Made by a program: the position numbers and the translations under genes | NCBI GenBank assembly: GCA_964106645.2 | Contig: OZ067042.1 | Origin: Podarcis pityusensis | Taxonomy: Eukaryota | Length of the DNA stretch: 64,000 nucleotides | Strand: one strand, 5' to 3' | Shown here: positions 46,389-60,238 of the stretch, in pieces | Layout of the letters: each line of letters starts with the position of its first letter | How positions within the stretch are numbered: position 1 is the stretch's first letter | The notes under the pieces: model-generated | The model's input: the letters and a program-made list of their open reading frames with translations, nothing else | Told to the model about the DNA's origin: nothing | Databases searched by the model: none

Positions 46389-48968
46389 TAGAATCATAGA
46401 ATCATAGAGTTGGAAGAGACCACAAGGGCCATCGAGTCCAACCCCCTGCCAAGCAGGAAACACCATCAGAGCACTCCTGACATATGGTTGTCAAGCCTCT
46501 GCTTAAAGACCTCCAAAGAAGGAGACTCCACCACACTCCTTGGCAGCAAATTCCACTGTCGAACAGCTCTTACTGTCAGGAAGTTCTTCCTAATGTTTAG
46601 GTGGAATCTTCTTTCTTGTAGTTTGGATCCATTGCTCCGTGTCCGCTTCTCTGGAGCAGCAGAAAACAACCTTTCTCCCTCCTCTATGTGACATCCTTTT
46701 ATATATTTGAACATGGCTATCATATCACCCCTTAACCTCCTCTTCTCCAGGCTAAACATGCCCAGCTCCCTTAGCCGTTCCTCATAAGGCATCGTTTCCA
46801 GGCCTTTGACCATTTTGGTTGCCCTCCTCTGGACACGTTCCAGTTTCAGTGTCCTTCTTGAACTGTGGTGCCCAGAACTGGACACAGTACTCCAGGTGAG
46901 GTCTGACCAGAGCAGAATACAGTGGCACTATTACTTCCCTTGATCTAGATGCTATACTCCTATTGATGCAGCCCAGAATTGCATTGGCTTTTTTAGCTGC
47001 CGCGTCACACTGTTGGCTCATGTCAAGTTTGTGGTCAACCAAGACTCCTAGATCCTTTTCACATGTACTGCTCTCAAGCCAGATGTCACCCATCTTGTAT
47101 TTGTGCCTCTCATTTTTTTTGCCCAAGTGCAATACTTTACATTTCTCCCTGTTAAAATTCATCTTGTTTGTTTTTGCCCAGTTTTCTAATCTGTCAAGGT
47201 CATTTTGAAGTGTGATCCTGTCCTCTGGGGTGTTAGCCACCCCTCCCAGTTTGGTGTCATCTGCAAATTTGATCAGGATGTCCTTGAGTCCATCATCCAA
47301 GTCGTTGATAAAGATGTTGAATAAGACCGGGCCCAAGACAGAACCCTGTGGCACCCCACTAGTCACTCTTCTCCAGGATGAAGAGGAACCATTGATGAGC
47401 ACCCTTTGGGTTCGGTCAGTCAGCCAGTTACAAATCCACTGAGTGGTAGCATAGTCAAGACCGCATTTTACCAGCTTCTTTACAAGAATATCATGGGGCA
47501 CCTTGTCAAATGTCTTGCTGAAATCAAGGTAGGCTACATCCACTGCGTTCCCTTCATCTACCAGGCTTGTAATTCTGTCAAAAAAACAAGATCAGGTTAG
47601 TCTGACATGACTTATTTTTCAGAAATCCATGCTGACTATTGGTGATCACAGCATTTCTTTCTAGGTGCTCACAGGCTGTTTGCTTAATGATCTGCTCCAG
47701 AATCTTCCCTGGTATTGATGTCAGACTGACTGGGCGGTAATTATTTGGGTCCTCTCTTTTCCCCTTTCTGAAAATAGGGACAACATTTGCCCTCCTCCAA
47801 TCTGCCGGGACTTCGCCTGTTCTCCAGGAATTCTCAAAGATGACTGCCAGTGGTTCTGAGATCACATCTGCCAGTTCTTTTAATACTCTTGGATGCAGTT
47901 CATCTGGCCCTGGAGACTTGAATACATCTAAACTAGCCAAGTATTCTTGTACTATCTCCTTAGTTATTCTGGGCTGTGTTTCCTCTGCTGAATCATTTGC
48001 TCCAAATTCTTCAGGTCGGGCATTGTTTTCTTTATCGGAGAAGACTGAGGCAAAGAAGGCATTGAGGAGTTCAGCCCTTTCTGTGTCCCCTGTTTGCATT
48101 TTACCATCTTCTCCTCTGAGTGACCCCACTGTTTCTTTGTTCTTCCTTTTGCTACGAACATACCCATAAAAGCCTTTTTTGTTGCTTTTAACCTCTCTAG
48201 CAAGCCTGAGTTCATTCTGTGCTTTAGCTTCTCTGACTTTGTGTCTATACGTGCTAGCTATTTGTTTAAATTCCTCTTTGGTGGTTTCCCCCCTTTTCCA
48301 TTTTTTGTACACATCCTTTTTTAATCTTAACTCAGTTAAAAGTTCTTTAGATAGCCACCCTGGCTTCTTTAGGCACCATCCATGTTTCCGTCTCATGGGT
48401 ATTGCCTGACGTTGTGCTTTTACTGTCTCCCTCTTAACAAACTCCCAGCCATCATGAACTCCCTTTCCTTTTAGTATTACTATCCATGGGATCTCACCCA
48501 GCACTTCCCTAAGTTTTATGAAGTCAGCTTTCTTAAAGTCAAGAAATTGAGTCCTAGTATGCTTGGCTGCTCCTTTCCGCTGTATAGTAAACTTCAGAAG
48601 AGCATGATCACTCACACCTAATGATCCTTCCACTTCTACCCCACTAACCAGCATCAACATTGGTTAGGACCGGATCTAAAATGGCTGTTCCTCTTGTTGC
48701 TTCTCCCACTTTCTGGACAATGAAGTTGTCTGCAAGGCCAGTGAGGAATCTGTTTGACCTTATGCTCTTGGCTGAGTTTGACATCCAACAAATATCTGAG
48801 CAATTGAAGTCCCCCATTACTACTATCTCCCTTCCTTTTGCATGCTTGGCCATCTGTTCCAGGAAGGCATCATCTATGTCCTCCGTTTGGCTTGGGGATC
48901 TATAGTAAACTCCCACAATGAGGTCACTGTTGTTCTTCTCTCCCTTAATTTTGACCCAAATGCTCCCA
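46389..48968 (-). mobile_element. 5'-truncated CR1 LINE, ORF2 (partial APE endonuclease plus RT) with frameshifts
   Basis: GVYYRSP, VMGDFN, SDH (EN); [37 protein letters not shown] (RT); (ATTCTATG)n tail; split over four ORFs. Confidence 0.97.
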
Positions 48969-49495
48969 GTAGCCGGACTGTGCCTGCTTTTGAGAGGTTG
49001 CCACAATATTTGGGGAGGGGGAATCAACAGACACTGTGGAGATTCATTGGCAGGAGGATTGTCCTGTCAGTTCCTAAACAGCTACCAGGGCAATCCGGAT
49101 AATTTTTTACTAGAATTCCCATTATCCCTGACTATTGGCCTTGGTAGCTGGGGCTGATGGGAGTTGTAGTCTAAAGAAGATGAGATGGGGCAAATGCGTG
49201 TCCTAAAAATGCTGTACAGGTTACTCCAGAGCACACAAATTATATGGCTGAAACAATGCTATTTTTCTAGGAAAAGAGGAGCTGAAACTCACCATGAACA
49301 CCTTCTTTGTTCTCTTATAATGGCAATGGCGCCCACCTGGTTCCACCCACTAGAGTTTTGGTGAGTTCCAGCTGGAAAAAAGCCCTGGGAGCAAAAGGCT
49401 CAGGCTACCATTTGGCGAGCAAGGGAGAAGAACTTAGCACCCAAAAGCTTTGTATTCACATGCCAAAAGAAGTTCATGGAGTAGTCTCAGTAATA

Positions 49496-49697
49496 CAGTA
49501 GAACCTTGATTTTCGAGCATCTCAGAAGCCAAACGATTCGGAACCTGAGCACCGAAAACCCAGAAGTGAATGCTTCCGTTTTCAAACGTGCCTCGGATGT
49601 TGAATGGCTGACTGTCAATTGCACCTCAGTTGTCAAACTTTTCGGATTTCGAACGGTCTTCCAGAACGGATTACGTTCGACAACCAAGGTTCCACTG
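49496..49697. mobile_element. Tc1/mariner MITE
   Basis: TA|CAGTAGAACCTTG...CAAGGTTCCACTG|TA. Confidence 0.85.
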
Positions 49698-49926
49698 TAT
49701 CAGATGCCCTAAATGAGAAGGCTGAGAGTGCATGCTTGAACCTTAAAGCTAGGCGGAAGGTCAATCTTGGGATTGCAGTTTCAGAAAACCAAGCAAATGT
49801 GCTTTAAAGCTCCATACTGATCAAAATCTCAGTCTGGGTTAAAGGGGCTGCACTTAAATCACTCCACAAATTGCACTACAATGCAGTGCAGTTGCCTAGA
49901 ATTAAAACAACTTGCTTTGTCTAGCC

Positions 49927-50062
49927 CAGGCATAGGCAAACTCAGCCCTCCAGATGTTTTGGGACTACAACTCCCATCATCCCTGACCACTGGTCCTGTT
50001 AGTGAGGGATGATGTGAGTTGTAGTCCCAAAACATCTGGAGGGCCGAGTTTGCCTATGCCTG
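49927..50062. mobile_element. hAT MITE
   Basis: TIR CAGGCATAGGCAAACTC / GAGTTTGCCTATGCCTG; perfect 8-bp TSD GTCTAGCC. Confidence 0.95.
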
Positions 50063-52656
50063 GTCTAGCCTGCTGGAGAAGGTATAAAGAAAAGGGTGCT
50101 CAACAAAATTGTCTTTTGGCCTAAGCAGGTCATTCAGTGCACCCCTGTAGTGTTGGAGATAATATCACAGGTTGTTGGGGATATGTTGTTTCAGCAGCCC
50201 ATGGTGGCATCTCCTCTAAATTCCATGGAAGATCAATGTGGCAGCACCAGTTCATACCAGGAGATACCTAGCAAGAATATAATGGGGAACCTCTCTGTAT
50301 ATGAACAACAGTGAGACATTTGTTTAGTCTCCTGCAATTCCACCCCATCTCTGTCTGGCTCACTTGTATATAATGAGACGCACCACTCCAACTCAACAGG
50401 CATGCTCAAACTGGGTTTCCACAAGTCCAAACATTAACACTGCATGCCACTGAGAATGTTCCCTACTGCAGCCAAGTAGGAAGCATGCCAGATTTCATCG
50501 CAAGGGTGCATATTCACCTGTCATCAATTACAGGGTTTGCACAAAACTTTCTGCTAATCCATTGGTGGGTGAATGCCATTTTGGTACATAAAGTGTTCAA
50601 ATTCTTCTGAAGCAAACTATGGGTCATTGTCACTGATGACTTTGCAAATATCATATGAAGGGGACTCTTGACAAATTTAGATATATAGCAGAGTCTTTGT
50701 TTAATTTATTTTTCACAGCACATTAGCAGCTCTCTTGCGGCACACTGCTGTGCTCCTGCAGCACACAGTTTGGGAATTTTCTGACCTAGGTAGTAGGCTG
50801 CTTTTAGTATCCTGCCAAAAATAAGTCTGAATTTTTGAACAGATGTGGCATTGCCAGGAACAGCTGAGTGGGTAGAGGGGCTTTTTATTTTCCTATATGA
50901 AAGGGCCAAGGGTCACAACAATCATCCAAGCATTGTATTGTATCTGTAAAATAAATAGATTTCAATGCCATGTGTGGTAACATGTTTTTTTCCGTCAATA
51001 CATAACAGGCTCTAGAAAAGGAACGGGGGGGGGGGGGGACCTTTGCTAAAACACAAAAGGATACATTCTATTGCATTTTGCCAGGATACAAAAGAAATAC
51101 AAAAACCAAAACACTTGTCAATATTTAGAAAGTTTCAAGGTTATGTTTTCTTCCTGCAGCTTTGTTTTTCCTAAGATAACTGATGTGAATACAAGCAGTC
51201 AAGACAACTAAGGAAGAATTTTAAAAAACAACAAACTGGATTGTGGGAAAGTACAAGACGGGATGGAAATGTCAAGATGCACTGTTTATTCAAACCAATG
51301 GTGACCTTCACTTCAAGGCTATTTCTTGGAGCTTCAAAGAAAAACACCATTGGAGGATTGCAATACCTGCCAATTTTTTTAAAAATCCAAGATTTTGGGT
51401 TCTGGCCTGGGACTTTGAAGTCTCCACCTCTACCAGGACCTTCTAGCATGAAGCAGAAGTAAAGCCAAGAAAAGCATCCTATATTTAATTTACATTTTTT
51501 TTCTGGACCTTTAACTGTGTGCTAAAAGTGGCCATTTCCTCACATTCCAGTCAATGCAGTGACAGGGGCTGAGATTGCAACCACTGGCACTGCCCCCATA
51601 CATTCAGCATAAAATGAGAACGGGCTGCATGAACAATCAACTAACTGAATAAGTGCAAGGTTTGTACTCATGAGACGAAACCTTGATATAAGATAGTGCC
51701 AACATGAAATCTGCCCCTCTCCATCCCCGCTTACAGCTTCCCAAAAGGTTTTACTACGCCACATCTTGTAAAGCAGGGTGCTTTGAGGGTGGTATAGCAA
51801 ATGTCTAAGAAATTCGTAAGAAACTTCTTGTTGAAACATCTTCAGCAAACAGAAAGAATTTTTGCAACCCTAATCATGGCGCCTTGATGATTTCGGGGGA
51901 GGGAGTTGCTGCATGGGTGGGGAGAGTTGCCCGTGACTGTTCCTCTGGTTTGCAAATGTGCCCTCAGGTCCAAAAAGGTTGGCAACCCCTGCTTTAGTAT
52001 TGTGTCCACTCACTGCGATCTATGAGGCTTTTCATGTGACACCATTCCTTCTCTGCAGGGATGTGAGAATCCATCATCCTCCCTTATACAATGCATTGTT
52101 GTACACCCATTTGTGTGTTCATTACATAACTGTGTTGCAAAATCTGAAGCAGTGCAGATTTTGCAGAATGTTTGTTTTGTTGCATATTGTTTTGGAAAGT
52201 GTAAATTAATACAAACTGAATCAAATTTCTCACCCAAACCTATTTCTCTACCACATTTTCTGTGTTCTCAGACAGCCTCCTCACACCGACTTGAAGAAAG
52301 CAGCAAGGCTCTCTGCATAAGTTCTTTCCTTTCCTTCCATCCACATTTCCTGGGGACTAGGCCAAAAGAATGCCTGTGGGATATACAGTCCTGCATGGAG
52401 AGTCTAGTCACTCACTACAAGATGATGTGACAAGGATTTCCCAGCCCCCAGGAAACACAGCGAGGAAGGAAGAATGGATATCCTTGCCACTTGCTCTCAG
52501 GAAACAACACTTTGTTTAAACTGAAAAGGGGCAAAAGAACCCCCAGCCGCATCATATTGCATTATGGTATGCCCCCCGCAGTCCCCCAAATCTCTGAGGA
52601 ATTTGCTGTGCCTCCCAACTCAGCTTCAGGCATTTCACACACACTTCCCAACTGTA

Positions 52657-52902
52657 GAGAGCCAGTGTGATGTAGTGGTTAAGAGCGGTGGACTCGTAAT
52701 CTGGTGAACCGGGTTCACGTCTCCGCTCCTCCACATGCAGCTACTGGGTGACCTTGGGCCAGTCACACTTCTCTGAAGTCTCTCAGCCTCACTCACCTCA
52801 CAGAGTGTTTGTTGTGGGGGAGGAAGGGAAAGGAGAATGTTAGCCGCTTTGAGACTCCTTCGGGTAGTGATAAAGCGGGATATCAAATCCACACTCTTCT
52901 TC
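52657..52902 (+). mobile_element. tRNA-derived SINE (Squam3/POM-like)
   Basis: A box GTAGTGGTTAAG, B-box-like GGGTTCACGTCT, CTGGGTGACCTTGGGCCAGTCAC core, (TTC)n tail. Confidence 0.8.
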
Positions 52903-54179
52903 TGTAAGCTCTGCTGAGATATCAGCACACAAACGTCTTTAATGATTAGGCCATGTGGGGTACAAATCCGTAAGCAGAACTTGAAATGTACTGACCCTAG
53001 GCCTTCAGCTACAAGTCATCTAGGTAGAAGTAGGGAAAATGGAGAGAAGGGAGATCCAGTTTCTCCAAATGGAGTTCATAAGTAAACAAACTTCAGAAAT
53101 AGAGCTTTTTACCTGCTGATAATCCATCTGCAACACCTGGGTGCATGCCTATTGTTTTAATCAGGCTTTGCAGAGATTAGAGTTGAAAGCATAGTTTTCA
53201 AAAGTGTGTTACACTCCTCTTGCCCTCTTTTCATCTTATCTCTTTTCCATCTCCTTAATTTTATCTTGCTAACCAATTTCTCTTCCCCCACCTTGTCCCC
53301 TGCTTTTATTTTAATTAAATTCTTCCTAAGACTTGTAGCTTAACCAAGATTTATATTAAGGAGACAGCCTGCTCAACAGGCAGGTTTCTTCGCCCTTAGC
53401 TTTCAGAGTCACATTTATCATTCAATTTTTGACCATCTGTGCATGTTCTTTTTCTACTGTGGGTTTGGGTTTTTTTTTTACTTAAAATAACAGAGAAGCA
53501 AAGGGCAAAAACAACAAAAGCACAAGAAATTAAACCTAAGGCTTGTGAAACAGATTGGGAAAAGGCACGGTACAGTAGGGCATGAATTCACCTACATAAA
53601 CAAGCTTTTGCCGTAGCTTCTCCTAAGGAAAACACTAAATTAAATGCCCTTTCCAGAGTTAGCACGTATGGATCAGGGAAGTAGGGATCACTGCCCAGTA
53701 ATACATAGGTTCAGTTGAATGTCTGAATATACATTGGTCCGTGGCAGGCCCTACTACCATCTTCTCACCTCTACACACTCTGTGCTTTTTCTTTGGAAGT
53801 GTGGTACAATCTGGAAAAGACATACAGTAATTGCATGCAGCTCTCTAAGAGGGAGTATTCAGCACAAAGCCGACATCCTCATGGATCCTTGGGGAAGCTT
53901 AAGCTGTTCCAAGTTTGTACATGCAAATGTACCAACAAAAAATAGTTGGATTTATCAGCGGGTGCTACCAATTCACTTTGTATGAATAAATTTTGTTAGT
54001 AGTTATTCCTGCTTTGTAGAGTTTCCTGTTAACTTGTTCTACAAGTTTAGGGTGGGTAGCACAATTTATACAGACTTTATTTCATGCCAACTTGTGAAAT
54101 CCTTTGGGCTCACCAGGTGATCTTCAAAACTGAGTTGAGAATTGAACCCAAGTCTCATCACCAAACCCAACCTTCTACT

Positions 54180-54526
54180 CAGTGCCGGAATTATGTGTAA
54201 GCTAAACAAACTATAGCTTAGAGCCCCACTCTCTTGGGGGCCCAAAAAAATTTAAAGGAAAAAAACTGGATGTACATTTCCAAAATATAAGATAAAAAAC
54301 AAATAAAATAAAACCTACATACAGCAACAGTGTATTGTGTTGTGTAGGCTCCCGTTTGTTATGTGCAACTCACTTTAGATACCTATTAGGTCCATAAATT
54401 ACCATATGGCATATATTCAACACAAAAAACAGTGACAATTTGTTGTTGACAAAGGACAGCTGGACTTATAAAGGGCTACATTACCTTCAATAGCTTAGGG
54501 CCTCATCAAACCTAAATCCGGCCCTG
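54180..54526. mobile_element. Non-autonomous hAT element
   Basis: TIR CAGTGCCGGA / TCCGGCCCTG; 8-bp TSD CTTCTACT/TTTCTACT. Confidence 0.85.
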
Positions 54527-55477
54527 TTTCTACTCCCTGCACGGTTACAACAAAGAAAATCATTTTTAATTTTTTTAAACATAAAAACTTTTAAAAGGTG
54601 AGCTATAAAAGCAAATTACTTGTTAGTAAACTAAAGGTTAGATGAGCTATTAGTAGGGCTATTGTATCAAATTTGTGTTTGTTTTTCAGAATAACTTGAA
54701 GCATAATTGGTATTAAGGACTGGGAGATGCTGCAGCAGCCATTATCTACCTATAGGATCAATATGAGATAAATATGGGACATAATATTGTTTCAGTTTGC
54801 ATTTTAATATGGCCCTAGCGTAGTTTGCATGTCCCAAACCAGCACACAAACTGAAATGCAGCTACTCTTCAAAATCTGCACTTTTCCAACCATCTAAACT
54901 CTTGTGAACACAATGCTGGATAGTAGGTGTAGAACACTCACCTTTTTTGTATCTATCCTTTCTCCACTGGAAAAGGAAAATCTGAGCCTCCGTATCTGGA
55001 AAAACATATGGTGACATTTTCCCATCACTATAGCAAAGCATAGGCTCTTCTTAAAACCCTTCCCTTCAGAATCCTAAGATCCCACAGTGTTCTGTGTCTA
55101 GAACAGCTGAAGAGACAAGTTACCTCAGCATCATATGCTGCCTGGGGCCTAATGTGTTACATCTGAAACACGGCTACGTGAAACCTGGATGGGCCTAACC
55201 TCAAGAAGATTCTGGGCCTCTTTCTCGATTGTTGCTTTCTCTTTTTTTCTGTTATTGTTCAAATGGAAGTCTCTAGTCCTTTTACTTGCTGATTAATAAG
55301 AGGAAGTGTGCAGGCAGTATTCTACTCAGTTGTTCAATAAGAAGCAAACTTGCTAATGTTTAGCCTGCCAGTTCTCTCCACTCTTGAATTCAGTTTAACT
55401 GGAAGGCGCTTGTATTAAACCTGTGTTTATATGTGTAGCTACGCCTTAGGCACATGCTCAAACCTCAAGCAGACAAC

Positions 55478-55498
55478 AACACACACACACACACACAC
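55478..55498. repeat. (AC)n microsatellite
   Basis: Direct read. Confidence 0.9.
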
Positions 55499-57077
55499 CA
55501 CTCTTTGTTATTGTCCAGTAATGACATCACCTCTCCTAACGTGTTACACCTGCACACCTCAACAGTTACAGATTCCTGGCAACCGATACTTCTGAGGAGA
55601 AAGTGTTGGGCTCCCAGAAGCACTGTAGATTTTCAAGAGCTGCGGGCTTTCCCCCTCTTGAACTGTGTTGTTTTCCTTTCTTGCTAACTTCCCTGAAAAT
55701 ATGCATCTGGGAAGGTACAGGCCTCCAATCAGCACTTGGAGGCAACATATCTGCCCCATGCTTTGGTCTTCTTTTTGCACACTCTCTCTGGTGGGCAGCA
55801 GAATGCACGGCACTAAGAGTTGTCAAGCAGCAAAACTAATGCTGCTTTTTGGTTTCGACTCACAAGATAACAGAGAAATGGCCGAAGTAGAGGAATTGGT
55901 ATGGCTGTTGTTTTTTAAATTCATGGAAAGAAACCAATCTGTAATGAAAAGAAAGCTGCGGTATTCAGTAAGTGTTAGATGAGCTCTTGTGTACTTCATT
56001 GCCATTTTACCTCTTGTGTGGCCTCTGCAGTTCTCATTTTTGACTTTATAGAGAAAATGCTCTGCGCAAGCAAATTCCACCCTTTGCGGCTGGTCCTGTC
56101 GCCATTTGAGCACAACACGCAGAATAGGTTAAATCAAAGTTCTATACAATAGCAAGGCAATCAATAACAGTGTTTGAAAGCTTAAACTCTAAATTTTATT
56201 CAGCAGTACAGCCCTGGTATTATCCAGTTTGTGAGATGAGAGAATGCCGTATAAATAACAGTATATAGCCCTGAAAAGTCCACAGTAAACACATAATAGA
56301 ATTTGCTTTCAGTGTTCTGCCACCATTCATAAATCACTCCGGCCAAACTCCCGCCGTTTATGGCAGGACTCATATCCCTAAAGTGAATTACGGTCTCATC
56401 TCCAGTATGCAACCAGCTATTGTCCCAAATATATCAGAGGTGAAAAGCAACATTGGAGGGATGCTGTGTATGCACATGTTTTCAGAAGATGTTCAGCGGA
56501 TCACTAGGATAGAGACTTGAAGGGATATTGCTGTGTGTTGGCAAGAGTCTCAATCTAATGAAGAGACAGTGAAATAATGTCTTAAATCTACAAGAGTTAG
56601 GACGAGCAACAAGCGAGTTCTGCTTGTTTCACAGTTTTCAACGTTCATTTTATCCTGGAGCATGGCTCAGGAAAACAGAAGAAAAATAGTTTGATTTCTG
56701 GTTAAACTAGAGAATATTCTTTTTTCAATTCACATATCTACATCTATTGGGCAAGAACACAGCTTAAGAATGGTTTTGGGTTTTTAAAATACTTTTACCT
56801 TGTCTGGTCAAATTTACTTCATTTACTAAGGCCATGGCTACCAGTAAGCCGGGCACTGTATTATCAAATCTGGTGTTTTTGGAAACAATCCAGGTTTCTT
56901 AGACAGCGTTTGGACATATACAACTCCCTTGTGAGAGTTCTGTCTGCACCTATTCTACATATTCTGCCTTTAACCAATTTCCACACCTCTTCCCCTCTCC
57001 CGATTATAATTTGAGAATTCTTAACAGTTGTAAATGTGGTTCTCTTGTGCTAGGTGTGAAGTACTGGCTTTACTGTA

Positions 57078-57311
57078 CAGTGGTACCTCGGGTTACATAC
57101 GCTTCAGGTTACATACACTTCAGGTTACAGACTCCACTAACCCAGAAATAGTACCTCGGGTTAAGAACTTTGCTTCAGAATGAGAACAGAAATTCTGCTT
57201 CGGCAGCAGCAGGAGGCCCCATTAGCTAAAGTGGTGCTTCAGGTTAAGAACAGTTTCAGGTTAAGAACGGACCTCCAGAATGAATTAAGTACTTAACCCG
57301 AGGTACCACTG
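57078..57311. mobile_element. Tc1/mariner (Tigger-like) MITE, same family as 43027, opposite orientation
   Basis: TA|CAGTGGTACCTCGGGTTA...TAACCCGAGGTACCACTG|TA. Confidence 0.92.
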
Positions 57312-57681
57312 TATATTCAAGTCAAAGGTTTCACTACAATTTTTATGTCATACACAGAGAGCTGGTGCAACCCTGTAGCTAACTGTGATTTCCCCCCTTC
57401 TCTGTTGATGTCCATCCTAGTGCACAGCACATAAAGGTGTTCAAACTATATGAGAAAGGGAATAGTTGGATCTGTAATGAAAAGGAAGGCGGTTTTATGT
57501 GGTGGGATTGTGTAACAGCAGTAACATTTTGGAAGTTGGCAATGACTTTGCATAAATATTCCAAATAAATGTGCCACGTGAGATTGTCTCTTCCACCCAA
57601 CTATTAAAGATGCAGGAATTCTGTCCTCTTTTACATCTGTCCACCTTAGCCAGCACAGCCATTTATTGAATTAGGTGATAA

Positions 57682-57909
57682 TAGGGCTGCCATTCATCTG
57701 GATTTTCCCAGACATTACTGGGATTTCAAAGGCGGGATTGGCGTCCGGGGCGGGGGGTCCGAAAGGCAGCGCTTTGTCCTGCATCTTAGGCAAGCCAATA
57801 GAAAAAAATGTGGTTTTTCATTTTCAACAATTTCATTAGTTTCCTTTAAAAAAAGTTCAACAGCTTTTGTAGTGTCCTGGTTTTTACGTTTTGAAATATG
57901 GCAACCCTA
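57682..57909. mobile_element. Non-autonomous hAT (Blackjack-like) element
   Basis: TAGGGCTGCCAT...ATGGCAACCCTA termini. Confidence 0.65.
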
Positions 57910-58999
57910 AAATGTATGCACGCTTTCCTGGGAAAAGGCCCTACTGAATTCACCTTCAATCTGGGGTGCACCAAACCTTGCACCACCCCAGGACATCAGC
58001 CACTTTCCATTGTTGGGAAGAAAACGTAATAAGCGTGTCATGGCTTGTATTCAAACCACGTTTACTGCAGCCAAGGCACAGTATGATAACAAGTGGGGCC
58101 AGAAAGAAAGGTGCAGGCTATGGGTCCTTTGGAGAATGGGTAGCCTTGCTGCCAGTTAGTTTAGGTTAGCTGCCGTTTCTGAACAATTGCTCTTTCCAAA
58201 TGAATAGCATCCTTTGAGTTTGTAAAATCCTCCACAGCTTATCTTTTCCTCTAGGGCATTCTTCTCTAAGAAAAGAAAGAACAAATGTCAGAACAGAGTT
58301 TTAATGGGAAGAACTCAGACAGGTAACTTGAAAAATAACCCACTGTGGTGTATTTAGTATTATATGAGTTTTCCAGCTACAGTTGTCCAAACCATCCTGT
58401 TTACTCCAATTTAACCCATCTCTGAGCCTTTCTGAAATAGGCTTTATCTTTACCGCCAACACTTTTGTAGGAGTAATGCGAGAGCCTGGCTTCTGACCCC
58501 TCCCGTGTCATCTCTTCCTTGGTCAAGATTTAGACTGCCAACTCTCTGGAGCTGTTGACTTATGTTACTCGCTAAATCACCATGTTCAGTGATGGTATTA
58601 CACAAATAAAAACCGTTAATACTATCCCATCCCCAACACAGCAGATGAGGCAGGAAAGGACAGCTTCTTGAATAATCTCCTCAGGTCGGTTGTCATCCTG
58701 CTGTTCTTATTCAGTACTTTCTTTAAAAAAAAAAAAGTTTGGATGTGTGCTTCAGTACAGGTTTCACACAGTGAAATACCTTACAGCCTCATACAGCTGC
58801 TTTAAAACATTTCTTTTTAAGTGTGGTTACAGATCTTTTTACACTTTCCACCATATATTTAACCTATTTGTGGTCTCTGATGAGTTCTGATCACTGAGAA
58901 CTTTGTTGGCCCGAGAGATTTTACTACCTGAAGCAGAGGCCCAATGGGACCTATCCCTTTGTCTCACTGAGATCACAGCTGATTATGCTTTGATAGATT

Positions 59000-59150
59000 T
59001 GTAGAGCTAGAAGGGACTCTGAGAGAATCTCAACTAAAGCATCCATGGCAGATGGCCACCCATCTCGTCTTAAAAACATCCAATGAAGGAGAGTCCACCA
59101 CCTTCCGAGGGAGTCTGTTCCACTGTCAAACAACTCTTACCGTCAAAAAG
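59000..59150 (-). mobile_element. CR1 3' fragment
   Basis: GAAGGAGAGTCCACCACC...GTTCCACTGTCAAACAACTCTTACCGTCA, similar to 46500-46580. Confidence 0.7.
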
Positions 59151-60238
59151 GTCCACTGTCACCTGGTTTTTGCTGCTTCTCTATCTTAAGCCACTCAAAG
59201 AGTGTTGCTGTTCTCTCAGTTTCAACTCTGGCGCACCTCACTCACAAGCCCTCCTCTAGGAAACACAGATCTCAGCTTCTGACACCAGTGTTGAACGGCA
59301 CCCACAATATCTGAGCAGTACAAGATTCAAGGGGGGTTCCAGGCGTGCTTACCCAGAGTCTGTGTTTCCTTTTGGGAATCAGGCACAGCAGAGACTGTGG
59401 TGTCTTTATGACAGATGGTTTACTTGCACATATATACAACCTGTGCCCACGACGGAGGGATTCACAGCAACAACACTCCAAGAAGGCCTTGCTTTTCCCA
59501 CAGCTGCAGCTTTGAGTTCAAGAAAACACAGGGATCAGCCATTGTGCTCTGACCCTCTCTCCAGCTTGCTGGCTGCTGTATTATTCCTGCCTTCATCTGT
59601 CCCACCCCCCAGAGGGCCACCATTTTCTTCACACTGCTGTATGACAGGGTTGACTCTAGACAAGAAAGATCTGGATAACTACTGGCTTTTGGAGAGCAGC
59701 CATTGCTTCTTCACCCTAGTAAGCCTTGCTGCAACCTGAAATATTTTTGGCACAAGGCACAGCTGAACCTAATGTTAGTCTGCATAACATTTCCACCAAC
59801 TGCTTCCATTTTAAGGCTGCTACAAACTGTGAGCTTGAGCTCTCCCTCATACCAAGCAACGTTTTTTTCCTCTCTCCTGTCAACAATAGCATTGACGCAG
59901 AGAATATAAAATCCTAATAACCCCTTTTTTACTTCCCACTGACCTGTATCAAATTGTTCAGGGCCTTTCAAATCACCCCAGAAATCTATTTTTGCTTGCC
60001 AGCAGCTTGTCTCAGAAAAACTCCCCCACAGTTTTGCTCAGAAGATGGAACCCACTGGGCAGATGGAGCTGCAATATATTTCCCCCCCTTCTTCTTGGAA
60101 GATTTTTATTTTGCATTAGTGTTACATTTGCAGATAATCTGTGTTGTTCATTATAGAACAGGATTGTTGTTTTTCCAAGATTGTATTTAGCATTTCTGCC
60201 AACCTAAGGAACATATGTAAAAAAAAAACAACCAAGTA

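Noticed and set aside
46410-49027. Series of long ORFs as a functional RT gene or retron-like system
   Set aside because: Ordinary CR1 ORF2, 5'-truncated and frameshifted.
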